NCBI GenBank assembly: GCA_963727445.1
Contig: CAVSGI010000021.1
Location: forward strand, 192,001 to 256,000
Direction of reading: 5' to 3'
From: an uncultured delta proteobacterium
GTDB lineage: Bacteria > Myxococcota_A > Polyangia > Polyangiales > B10-G4
Length of the DNA: 64,000 nt
The translations under genes and the position numbers were made by a program. Position 1 is the first letter of the stretch. Each line of letters starts with the position of its first letter. Below are positions 48,172 through 58,197 of this stretch, in pieces. The notes beneath the pieces are model-generated. The model had not been told where the DNA came from, searched no databases, and saw nothing but the letters and a program-made list of their open reading frames with translations.

Positions 48172-49626
48172 CTAGCGCGGGTTGCCCAGCCGCGCTTCCA
48201 TGTCGCCGAGCACGTAGGCCGTCGCGGCCATCACCGCGACGCCCTGGAGGAAGTCGTCGTGGTCGACCGACTCGAAGGTATCGGCCGCGGTGTGGTGGAG
48301 GTCGAAGTAGTGCGCCGGGTCGTGGACGATGCCCACGGTCGGAGTGCCGCGCTCCTGCAGAGCCATGATGTCGGCCCCCGCGAAGCCGGCCCGGGCGATG
48401 GTGGTGCCGGTCGGCTGGAGCAGTTCGACGATGGTGCGGAGCTGGGCGATGGCGTCGGCCTCTCGAAGCTCCTCGGTGTCGACATGAAGCCCGAGGACGC
48501 GGGCGGCGCCGATGTCCGACTCGATCGCCGCGATGTGCATCCCGTCGCCCCAGTGCTCCTCGGCGTAAGCGCGACCGCCCGCGAGCCCGTTCTCCTCGTT
48601 GGTGAAGAGCACGGCGCGGAGCGTGCGGCGCGGGACGAGGCCCTGTTCCTTCAGCAGCCTCAGCGCCGCCATCGCGCTCACCACGCCTGCGCCGTCGTCG
48701 TGGCAGCCCTGACCCACGTCCCAGGAATCGATGTGGCCGCCGAAGAGCACGATCTCGTCCGGGAGCTCGGTGCCGCGGATCTCGGCGATCACGTTGTGTG
48801 AGGTCGCCGTGCCTTCGTCGCGGGCCTGCATCTTCAGGCGAACGCGCGGGTGTGCACCCTCGTCGATCATGCGGTGGAGCCGCTCGGTGACGGGGATCGA
48901 CACGGCGGCCGCCGGGATGCGGGGCCCCTCGTCCTCGTAGTGCGTCGCGCCGGTGTGCGGCGGGCTCTCGCCGTCGACCGTCACCGAGCGCACGAGCACC
49001 GCGACGGCGCCGTGGGTCGCCGCGTGTGCCGCGCCCTGGGTCCGGATGGGCACCGTCGCGCCGTATCCGGTCTCGAGCTCCTCCGCGTCGTAGGGCGGCA
49101 TGGGCTTGTCGAGCAGGACAATCTTGCCCTCGAGCTGATCACCGAAGGAGTCGATATCCTCGAGGGAGCCGAGGACCACCACCTCGCCTTCGACCCCCTC
49201 CTCGGGTGTGCCCACGGAGCCGCCGAGGCCGATCATCGGCAGTGCTTCCTCTTCGTCGCCGCCGAGGAGCACCAGGCTCTCTTCGCCGCGCACCCACTTC
49301 GGCACCTCCACCTCCTGCAGGGTGACCGTGGCACCTTCGATCCCTTCGAGCTCCTCGCCGGCCCAGGCGACGGCGCGCTCGAGGGATTCGCTGCCCGAGA
49401 GGCGATGGCCGACGTCGACACAGAGCGTGCGCAGCCACTCCCAGGCGTACTCGGCTTCGCCGCTGGCTTCGACGATCTTCGCGACCGGCGCGCGGTAGCG
49501 CGTGGTCAGGTCGGTCGTCTCCTCGGGAGCCTCGGGAGTCGGCGGCTCGGGCTGTGGATCGTCACAGCTCGCGAGGGCGGTGACGCAGGCGAGGGCGACG
49601 AGGGCAGGGCGGTGGGCGCTGAACAT
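48172..49626 (-). CDS. M28 family peptidase (carboxypeptidase Q-like) lipoprotein
   Basis: Lipobox LASC, GHRLSGS, PA domain, GGHIDSWD, HDDGAG, NEENG, ESD, HHTAADT. Confidence 0.93.
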   Translation of the reverse strand: MFSAHRPALVALACVTALASCDDPQPEPPTPEAPEETTDLTTRYRAPVAKIVEASGEAEYAWEWLRTLCVDVGHRLSGSESLERAVAWAGEELEGIEGATVTLQEVEVPKWVRGEESLVLLGGDEEEALPMIGLGGSVGTPEEGVEGEVVVLGSLEDIDSFGDQLEGKIVLLDKPMPPYDAEELETGYGATVPIRTQGAAHAATHGAVAVLVRSVTVDGESPPHTGATHYEDEGPRIPAAAVSIPVTERLHRMIDEGAHPRVRLKMQARDEGTATSHNVIAEIRGTELPDEIVLFGGHIDSWDVGQGCHDDGAGVVSAMAALRLLKEQGLVPRRTLRAVLFTNEENGLAGGRAYAEEHWGDGMHIAAIESDIGAARVLGLHVDTEELREADAIAQLRTIVELLQPTGTTIARAGFAGADIMALQERGTPTVGIVHDPAHYFDLHHTAADTFESVDHDDFLQGVAVMAATAYVLGDMEARLGNPR

Positions 49627-49692
49627 GGCCGCGGAGCATACCCCCACCCGAAGGGCTGGCCACCCGCATCCATCCGCGTAAGGTAGAGAGGC

Positions 49693-50889
49693 GTGGGCGG
49701 CTACCGCGACCTGACGATTCCCCAGGAGGGCTCCTCCAGCGCCCGTGAGGTGCTGAGCCGCGCGCTCGGCACGCTCCTCGACGATTTCCGCGGCCTCGAC
49801 GCGGGTCTCGCCGCTCCGGGCCCGAGCCGTCAGGCCTTCGTCGCGCTTCGCGGCGCGGTCGCGCGCGCGCTCCGGCAAGATCCCGGCTCCGTCTTCAGCG
49901 CGCTCCGTCGCCCCACGGTGGGCGTCCTCATCCGCTGCCTGCGCGTCCGCTCTGTGGGGGACGTGGCGGCGACGGCGATGGTGGACGCGCTCACCTGCAC
50001 CTTCGGTCTCGAGCTCGCGCGGGCGGGCGCCCTCGAGGCGCCCCTCGGCTGCTTCGCGCCTGCGCACGTCCCGTGCTTGTCGGGGCGCTTCGTGATCGAC
50101 GTTCCCAAAGACGCGACCGAGCTGGTGCTGACGAATCACGAGGTCACGATCGCGACGGACGCCGGCCAGCGCACCTTCTCACTCGAAGAGGAGGGGCCGC
50201 CCTTTTCATTTCCCTACCATGTCATCGACGGCGAGATCGTCCTCGCGCTCTTCGACAACAACCCCCTCGCTCTCGAGGAGGCCCACCCCGACAAGGACGG
50301 TAACGCCCTGTCGCTCGGAGAGAAGAGCGCCGGCGACTGGCTGGCATCCCTGTCGGGCGCCCTCGCGCTCATCGCCGAGCAGCTGCCGGAGATCCGCCGC
50401 GAGCTCGGCTTGTACGTGCAGCAGATCGTGCCGGTGGGCTACGACGCGCACCGTCATCTGTCGGCTTCGTATCAGGAAGCCATCGGCACCGTGTACCTGT
50501 CGCTTCATCCGCAGCGGATGACCATGGCCGAGGCGCTCATCCACGAGATGAGCCACAACAAGCTGAACGCCCTCCTCGAGCGCGAGCCCCTCCTCGACAA
50601 CGCCTTCTCACCGCTCTTCTCGTCGCCGGTGCGTCCCGACCCGCGACCCCTCCACGGCGTGCTCCTCGCCATCCACGCCTTTCTGCCGGTGGCGCGCCTC
50701 TACGAGAAGATGATCGAGGCGGGTCATCCGCTCTCCGAAGATCCGAGCTTCTCGCGTCGCTACACCGACGTGGTCGCCAAGAATCGCGACGCCGCCCAGA
50801 CGCTGCTCGAGCACGGCCGCTTCACCGAAGCCGGCCAACCCCTCGCGCAGGAGATCCGCGCTTGGGACCGGCACTTCAGCGGTACTTAG
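49693..50889 (+). CDS. HEXXH-motif (aKG-HExxH-type) putative peptide modification enzyme
   Basis: SAS...GTVYLS, EALIHEMSHNKL, SPVRPDPRPLHGVLLAIHAF. Confidence 0.85.
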   Translation: MGGYRDLTIPQEGSSSAREVLSRALGTLLDDFRGLDAGLAAPGPSRQAFVALRGAVARALRQDPGSVFSALRRPTVGVLIRCLRVRSVGDVAATAMVDALTCTFGLELARAGALEAPLGCFAPAHVPCLSGRFVIDVPKDATELVLTNHEVTIATDAGQRTFSLEEEGPPFSFPYHVIDGEIVLALFDNNPLALEEAHPDKDGNALSLGEKSAGDWLASLSGALALIAEQLPEIRRELGLYVQQIVPVGYDAHRHLSASYQEAIGTVYLSLHPQRMTMAEALIHEMSHNKLNALLEREPLLDNAFSPLFSSPVRPDPRPLHGVLLAIHAFLPVARLYEKMIEAGHPLSEDPSFSRRYTDVVAKNRDAAQTLLEHGRFTEAGQPLAQEIRAWDRHFSGT

Positions 50890-50901
50890 CTCCTTCCGGG
50901 C

Positions 50902-52050
50902 TCACTCCTCGAAGCAATACAGCGGGTGCGCGATGTCGCAGGTCGCGTCGAAGACGTCGAGCATCCGGGCGCGGAACGCCGACGTGTGATCGCCGAGCGT
51001 GCCCATGTCGGTGGCGAGGTTGCTCGTCCAGTCGTTGCAGTGGGCGCCCGCACTGCCGGTCCACGGGTCGAAGGAGTCGCGCACCCCGCCATCGGCGGTG
51101 AGGGTGATGAACGTGTCGAGCCAGTCCGGGAGCGGGCCGGCGACGTCGGCCGCCGTGGGCGCGAGGGGGATGCCGTCGGTGCGGACCCATGTCGGCCCGC
51201 CCGTGTCGAATCGATCGAAGTGGCCTTCGGTGGAGGTCAGAAGAAGCGCGAGAAAGCTACCGCTCAGCCCGGCGATGCGGGCCTCGTCGGCGCAGAACGC
51301 GTCCGCGTCCGCGCGTCCGGCTCCCGGGCTCCAGTTGCCCGCCGTTACGAAGGCGACGCGGCCCGTCGGGTCTCGGGTCGGAGCGAGCATCGTGTTCCGC
51401 CCGCGCTCGGCGCAGAAGAGCCCGAGGCGCGCGGTGCACGCGGTGGTCGTGCCGAGCGGTCCCGTCGCGCCTCCAGTGTTCGCCGTGGACCCCGCCATCG
51501 TGGAGCTCGCCCAGTTGCCGCATCGCTGCAACGCGGAGGTGCCACCGAACCACGCGAACTCGAGATCGAGTGCCGCGCCTCGCGCGTCGCGCCGAAGCGG
51601 ATGGAACATCGTGGTGTCGGTCCACTGCGAGGGCGTGTCCACGAGCGGGAGACCGGCCACGTCGACCCAACCGCGCGAGCCAGCGAGGGGATCGCTCGGA
51701 GTGGCGTCGTCGGTCCACAGGAGCGCGATGAACTCACCGTCGAGGCCGGCCGCCGTCGCCTCCGTGCTGCACAGACCGTCGGCGTCGGCACGCCCCCCGA
51801 AATCCCCCGGAATATCCGCGGCGAGGAAGAACGCGCGGTTGGCGGTGACAGCCGAGCCGTCCGCATCCAGAGGCCCGCCGTCGCCGGGCTCGGCATCTCC
51901 GCCGTCGAGAGATGCGGAGTCGCCCCCATCCCCCCCGTCCGAGCTCGTGGCCGAGTCAGAGGCCGCGTCGGCGCTGGCGAGCGCGTCGAAGTCGATGCGT
52001 CCACAGCCCGAAGCGCAGGCGAGCACGACGACGAACACCAGGCGAGCCAC
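50902..52050 (-). CDS. Lipoprotein with two DUF1554/endostatin-like domains
   Basis: GCGRIDFD lipoprotein start; two copies of F...GRADADxxCxxEAxxAGLxGxFxALL...CxxW...LxCxE. Confidence 0.8.
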   Translation of the reverse strand: MARLVFVVVLACASGCGRIDFDALASADAASDSATSSDGGDGGDSASLDGGDAEPGDGGPLDADGSAVTANRAFFLAADIPGDFGGRADADGLCSTEATAAGLDGEFIALLWTDDATPSDPLAGSRGWVDVAGLPLVDTPSQWTDTTMFHPLRRDARGAALDLEFAWFGGTSALQRCGNWASSTMAGSTANTGGATGPLGTTTACTARLGLFCAERGRNTMLAPTRDPTGRVAFVTAGNWSPGAGRADADAFCADEARIAGLSGSFLALLLTSTEGHFDRFDTGGPTWVRTDGIPLAPTAADVAGPLPDWLDTFITLTADGGVRDSFDPWTGSAGAHCNDWTSNLATDMGTLGDHTSAFRARMLDVFDATCDIAHPLYCFEE

Positions 52051-52196
52051 GCCTCGACTCTACCCGGTCGCGGGGAGAACGTGACCCGAAGGCGGTCCGC
52101 CCCGTGCGGTTTGTCGCCTCAGGAACGCGCTGACCGCGAGACAGCCGCCGATGGCCCCCTTGGCTCGACCGCGTTTCCGCGGATCTCGGCGCGGCG

Positions 52197-52742
52197 CTAC
52201 CAAACCCGGCAATGCCACTGGTTGCCGCGGTACGCGCAGCGCTCGATCGCGCCGACCTGACCCGGATGGTCGAGGCAGTCGTCGAGCGCGGGCCGGACGA
52301 TCGTCTCGAAGCGATGCACTTCGGCCCGATCCTCCGTACGCGTGTGGACGCGTGCCTGCCAGCCCGCGCGCACGCGAGTCCAAGTGCGCTCCGGGAGCCG
52401 CTCCTCGTGGAACGCGCCCCAGACCCGCCGCGAAGACAGCCGCCAACCTCGCGTCCGACCGCGCGACGGTGTGAGCTCCGCCTCGAAGGCTCGATAGCCG
52501 TCTCCGTCGGGCGAGTAGACGGTGTGGACGCCCAAGAGGAGCCCGCCGTTCGTCAGTCCCTGGAGCTGTAGCCACCTCGCCGTGTCGTCCGCCGGACGGA
52601 AGCCACGCCGGAGCAGACTCGCCCGTGCGTCGCGCAGGCTCGCCACGCACGTGAAAGCGGGCTGCGCCGCGACGTGCGGCGGAGCCACGGGAACGAGAGC
52701 GACAGCCACCAACAGCCATCGAAGGATAGTCACGTCGTTCAC
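52197..52742 (-). CDS. Hypothetical secreted protein
   Basis: Signal-peptide-like N-terminus; fills the gap between co-oriented genes. Confidence 0.55.
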   Translation of the reverse strand: MNDVTILRWLLVAVALVPVAPPHVAAQPAFTCVASLRDARASLLRRGFRPADDTARWLQLQGLTNGGLLLGVHTVYSPDGDGYRAFEAELTPSRGRTRGWRLSSRRVWGAFHEERLPERTWTRVRAGWQARVHTRTEDRAEVHRFETIVRPALDDCLDHPGQVGAIERCAYRGNQWHCRVW

Positions 52743-52775
52743 CTACGCTGGGCGGGACCCCGCTGTTCCCACGGG

Positions 52776-55142
52776 TCAGATGTTGTCGCAGCGCGAATCC
52801 ACGTAACCGAGCAGCCGCAGCTGGTTACAGAGCTCGGCGTCGATCTGTGAATCGGCCTGCGGCAGGACCCGCGCTGGCTCGCTGCCCCCGCCGTGGATCC
52901 AGTCGCGTCGATCCGAGACGCCGAGATACTGCCCCAGCATGATGCGCAGGTAGCGGAGCGCGATGCGGCTCTGGTCGCCGAGGTCGAGCTCGTGCTGTTC
53001 GCCGGGATCGGCCTCGAGGTCGAACATCGTCCAGCGCAGGTTGCCGCGCAGGATCAGCTTCCAGCGGCCGGCGCGGACCACGCGGCGGTCGTCCATGAAG
53101 TCGCTGAAGGCGAGGGGCGGCCGGTTCGGCGGGGAGCCGCGGAGGTAGCCGAGGAGCGAGCCGCCCTCGAAGGCCTCGGGGATCGCCACCCCGCTCGCCT
53201 CGAGCACGGTGGGCGAGATGTCCATGGTGCTCACCACCTGCGGAACGCGACGCCCCGCAGCCTCGGCGGCCGGCCAGCGCACCATCAGCGGCACGTGCAA
53301 GAGCTCCTGGTAGACGGAGTGGCCATGGCCCCACGAGCCGTGGTCGTTGAACTCCTCGCCGTGGTCCGAAGTGACGACGAAGATCATGTCTTCGAAGAGG
53401 CCGAGCTCCTTCAGCTTGTCGATGAAGGGCCCGAAGTAGCGGTCGTGGTAGGTGATCTCCCCGTCGTGGAGGTCCTTCAGGCGCTGCTGGTCGGCAGCGG
53501 TGAAGACCACGCGCGGCGGGTTGCGCTTGGCGTCCTCGAGGAGCTGCGCCGTCATGCGGTTGCTCACCTGGCCCGAGTAGTTTTCTGGGTGCGGGTCGTA
53601 GAGCTGGAGCATCTCGTCCGGCGGGTCGTAGACCACGTGGGGATCGATGGTCTGGATGTAGACGAAGAAGCGCTCGTCTTTGTGCTCCTCGATCCAGTCC
53701 GCGGCCTCGCGAAAGACGTTGTCCGCGCCGGAGTTGCGGTTCTCGCGGATGTAGTTGGTGTAGTGGTCCCAGCCCTGGTCGAAGCCGAAGCGATCCGAGA
53801 CGTAGCCGTTGGCGAGGAAGGTCGCGGTGGAGAAGCCCGCGTCCTTGAAGACCTCGCTGACCATGAGCGCCGCGTCGGGGAGGCTCGCCGCGTCGGCCTT
53901 GGTGCCGTGGGTCATCGGCGTGAGGCAGGTGAGGATCGAAGCGACGCTCGGCTTGGTCCAGTTCTCCGGCGCCTGGGCCCGCTCGAAGATGGTGGCCTCT
54001 TCCGCGAAGCCGTCGAGGTTGGGCGTCTGCACGCGGCTCCGCGGGTTGTACGGGTGGAGCTTGTCGGCGCGCAGGGTGTCGATGGTCAGCACCACGACGT
54101 TGTGCGCCTCGCCCGGCACGCGCTCCTGCTCGGGCATGGGAACCACGAGCTGTGGGCCGGCCCACGCGACGGTGGCGCCTTCGGGGCCTTCGCTCTCGAG
54201 CTCGAGTCGCACCACCTGGCCGGCGTAGGCGGCGAGATCGAGGAGGTGATCGCGCCACGAGGTCGCGACGTCGCCCGAGAGCAGCTCCGAGGCCTCGCCG
54301 ACTGCAGGGGTCACGTTCACCTTCGCCGTCGCACCCTCGGCGCTCGCGCCCAGCCCGAAGGAGAGCTTCCCGGCCTCGGGCACCTGCACGTAGAAGTGCA
54401 CCTTCGCGCCGGCGGGCGTGACCAGCGCGCGGCGCTGCGCCCCTGCGAGCTCGTGGGCGACGACCCACTCCGCCGGCAGCGGGCGTCCCTCCGCCGCGCC
54501 CTCGCGCGCGAGGTGTACGTCGTAGACGGCCGCCGACACGTCCTGGCCGCCGACGTTGCGGGTGCTCGTCGCGCGCAGGCGCAGCTGGTTCTCTCCCCGC
54601 CGCATGCTCGCAGCCGGGATGGGCACCTCGACCGTCTGCACGCTGCTCCCGCTGAGGTCGATGGTGCGCAGGGTCTCGCCGTTCATGTAGGCGACGATCT
54701 GATCGGTGCCGACCTTCTTCAGGCGGATGCGCGCCGTGAGATCCTCGGGCGTATCGAGATGGAAGTAGAGGTTGCCGAGGGCGCCGAGGTTGGTGAAGGT
54801 GCCGTCGTCGTCGGCGCCGTCCTCGCCCCAGTCGCTGTGCCAGCGGCCGGAGGTGTACTTGAAGCGCGCCGGCGTCCCCATGTCGATGAAGGTGCCGCCG
54901 ACGTCGACCTCGGCCAGGTGGGCCAGGGCGGTCAGGTCGAGGTGGGTGCGCATGCCCTCGAGGCCCGCGCGCGCGGCGACGCTTTCGTCATCGGAGGGGG
55001 GGGCCTCCTCCCCCTCGGCGGCCCGACCCTCGGCGCTCTCGCCCTCGGCGCCCTCGCCTCCGGACTCGCTCTCGCCGCAGCTCCCGCAGGCGACCGCCGA
55101 AAAGAGGGCTGAAAATCCCAGAACTACCAACAAACGACGCAT
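52776..55142 (-). CDS. Sulfatase-like/alkaline phosphatase superfamily lipoprotein
   Basis: SD GGAGG, lipobox VAC, IDTLRAD, WTKPSVAS, DPHVVY, TSDHGEEF, HGHSVY, LRLLGYV. Confidence 0.9.
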   Translation of the reverse strand: MRRLLVVLGFSALFSAVACGSCGESESGGEGAEGESAEGRAAEGEEAPPSDDESVAARAGLEGMRTHLDLTALAHLAEVDVGGTFIDMGTPARFKYTSGRWHSDWGEDGADDDGTFTNLGALGNLYFHLDTPEDLTARIRLKKVGTDQIVAYMNGETLRTIDLSGSSVQTVEVPIPAASMRRGENQLRLRATSTRNVGGQDVSAAVYDVHLAREGAAEGRPLPAEWVVAHELAGAQRRALVTPAGAKVHFYVQVPEAGKLSFGLGASAEGATAKVNVTPAVGEASELLSGDVATSWRDHLLDLAAYAGQVVRLELESEGPEGATVAWAGPQLVVPMPEQERVPGEAHNVVVLTIDTLRADKLHPYNPRSRVQTPNLDGFAEEATIFERAQAPENWTKPSVASILTCLTPMTHGTKADAASLPDAALMVSEVFKDAGFSTATFLANGYVSDRFGFDQGWDHYTNYIRENRNSGADNVFREAADWIEEHKDERFFVYIQTIDPHVVYDPPDEMLQLYDPHPENYSGQVSNRMTAQLLEDAKRNPPRVVFTAADQQRLKDLHDGEITYHDRYFGPFIDKLKELGLFEDMIFVVTSDHGEEFNDHGSWGHGHSVYQELLHVPLMVRWPAAEAAGRRVPQVVSTMDISPTVLEASGVAIPEAFEGGSLLGYLRGSPPNRPPLAFSDFMDDRRVVRAGRWKLILRGNLRWTMFDLEADPGEQHELDLGDQSRIALRYLRIMLGQYLGVSDRRDWIHGGGSEPARVLPQADSQIDAELCNQLRLLGYVDSRCDNI

Positions 55143-55244
55143 TCCGATCCTCCGGCGCGGGGGAGTGTAGCGCGCGGACTCCCTCGCCACACCCCCAGCT
55201 AGACGACCCGCCCATGGGCGCGCATTCCGTACACCCAGACGCCG

Positions 55245-56303
55245 CTATTGGCCGCCGGTAGCCTCTTCTTCTTCGGTGGCCGCGGCTTCGGCCGCCGAAC
55301 GGAGGTGCGCGACGACCTCCTCGCGCCGCGCGATCAGCGCGCTGCGATCGTGGGCGAAGGTCTCGATGAAGTCTCCGTAGTCCAGGGCCAGGAGCATCTC
55401 GAGCGCGACCTTTCCGTCGTGATCGTAGAGCCACCACAGCGGCCTCTCTCGCGGAGACGCGAGGTGTGGCGGCGGCCCACTCGGATCCTCCATGTATGCG
55501 AGCTCGGTCTCGATGCGCTGGCGGAACATCCCGTCGGTGTGTGCGCGGTCGAGGAGCAACCCGGTCGAGCGCTCGATGGCGGCGCGGCCGATCAGGTAAT
55601 CACGGATCAGCGCCTGACGCATGCTCAGAGACGCGAGATCGGCCGACGCGAGGACTTCGGCGAGGGCGCGCGCCGCCCCCCGGGATCGAGGCCCACTCAC
55701 CCGCAGCGAGAGCGCGTCGGCGGCGGCGAGCGCGAGGCCGAGAGTCATCTGCCCGACGCGGCACGAGACGAGATCGATGCAGTTCGACGCGTAGTCCAGC
55801 GCTTGCTCCCACATCCTTGTCGCCTCTCGAAAGCGGGGGGACGCGTCTTCCCTCGAGGCGTGGAGCAAGAGGTCCAGGTAGATCAGGCGAAAGACGCGGA
55901 TCGTCTCGAGGCCGTTCGAGTCTCCCAGCAGCGGCGCGTCCGGGACGAAGCGGGGGCGCGTCTGAAAGTCGCGGATCGCCGCCGGCACGTCCTGTCGGGG
56001 CTCCCGAAGCGCGGGGTCGAGGGCATCGACGAGGGCCCAGGTCTCTTCCGCTGTCTGCTCGTCGTAACGGGCCGCCAGATCCGTCAGCTCGTCGGTCGGC
56101 GCGGGAAGGCCGGTCAGCGGGAGGAGGTGGTAGGCGTTTTGTTCCGGGGGCGGCGCGGCGGCCATATCCGCGGTCGTGAAGAGCGGAGGCTCGATGGGCC
56201 GAATGTGATGCGCCCCGACCCACACGACCACGGGCAGGACCACCACCGCTCCGAAGAGGGCGAGCCACTTCGCGAAGGCCGGCCTACCGTCCTTCTTCTT
56301 CAC
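55245..56303 (-). CDS. Hypothetical membrane-anchored helical protein
   Basis: SD AGGAG, basic N-terminus plus single TM, helical body. Confidence 0.7.
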   Translation of the reverse strand: MKKKDGRPAFAKWLALFGAVVVLPVVVWVGAHHIRPIEPPLFTTADMAAAPPPEQNAYHLLPLTGLPAPTDELTDLAARYDEQTAEETWALVDALDPALREPRQDVPAAIRDFQTRPRFVPDAPLLGDSNGLETIRVFRLIYLDLLLHASREDASPRFREATRMWEQALDYASNCIDLVSCRVGQMTLGLALAAADALSLRVSGPRSRGAARALAEVLASADLASLSMRQALIRDYLIGRAAIERSTGLLLDRAHTDGMFRQRIETELAYMEDPSGPPPHLASPRERPLWWLYDHDGKVALEMLLALDYGDFIETFAHDRSALIARREEVVAHLRSAAEAAATEEEEATGGQ

Positions 56304-56417
56304 ATCTCCTCCACGTCTCCATGGGTCCCGAGGGGCCGAACGGCGAGCAGGATAGGGGAATAACACCCCCAACCAAGGGGTTTCGGCGGCCGGCTCGACC
56401 CTCGAAGCGCGCCACGC

Positions 56418-56446
56418 TTGACGCGCGGACGGGCACTGACTAACCC
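56418..56446 (+). promoter_or_regulatory. Sigma-70 promoter candidate for the ABC operon
   Basis: TTGACG-N17-TAACCC. Confidence 0.5.
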
Positions 56447-56478
56447 GGCTCCACCCCAACCACGAAACGGGTGCCTCG

Positions 56479-57461
<983 letters not shown>

Positions 57462-57465
<4 letters not shown>

Positions 57466-58197
57466 AGAACGTCGCGCTCATCGTGAGCCGCGAGCTCGCG
57501 AGCTATCTGAAGACCCCCAGCGGCTACGTCATCGCCGGCGTGATGCTCTTCTTCCAGGGGCTGGTCTTCAACGGCTATGCGGTCGGCGACCAGCCGAGCC
57601 TCTCGACCGAGGTGCTGCTTCGCTTCCTCGAGGTCTCGGGCGGTCTGACCATCGTCACCGGCGTCCTGTTCTCCATGCGCCTGCTCGCCGAGGAGCGCGC
57701 CAACGGGACGATGACCCTGCTCTTCACCTCGCCCGTGAAAGAGGGCGAGATCGTCCTCGGCAAGTACCTCGCCTCCCTCGCCTTCATCGCCATGGTCATC
57801 CTGGCGAGCCTGTATCTACCGGCGCTGATCTTCGTGAAGGGCAAGGTCTCCTACGGGCACATCGCCTGCGGCTACCTGGGGCTCTTCCTTCTCGGCGCCT
57901 CGACCCTGGCGGTGGGCACCTTCGCCTCGTCGCTGGTGAAGCATCCCTTCCTCGCGGTGCTCCTCACGGGCGGCTTCGCCGCGGTCCTCGAGGCGACCTT
58001 CTGGGTCGCGCGGATCGAGCGATCCCGACACGCCCGCATCCACGACCATCCTCGGCGCGTTCTCGCCCTACTACACACACTTCCGCAATTTCCGGAACGG
58101 CATCGTGCAGCTCAGCGATCTCGTCTTCTTCGCCTCGATGATCTACGTGTCGCTGATCGCGGCCACGCGGGTCCTCAAGGCCCAGAGGTGGCGCTGA
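57462..58197 (+). CDS. ABC-2 type permease (GldF-like), +1 frameshift near 58018
   Basis: RELASYLKTP, MRLLAEERANGT, IVLGKY; shifted frame continues TTILGAFSPYYTHF...SDLVFF...QRWR* and overlaps the next ATG. Confidence 0.88.
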
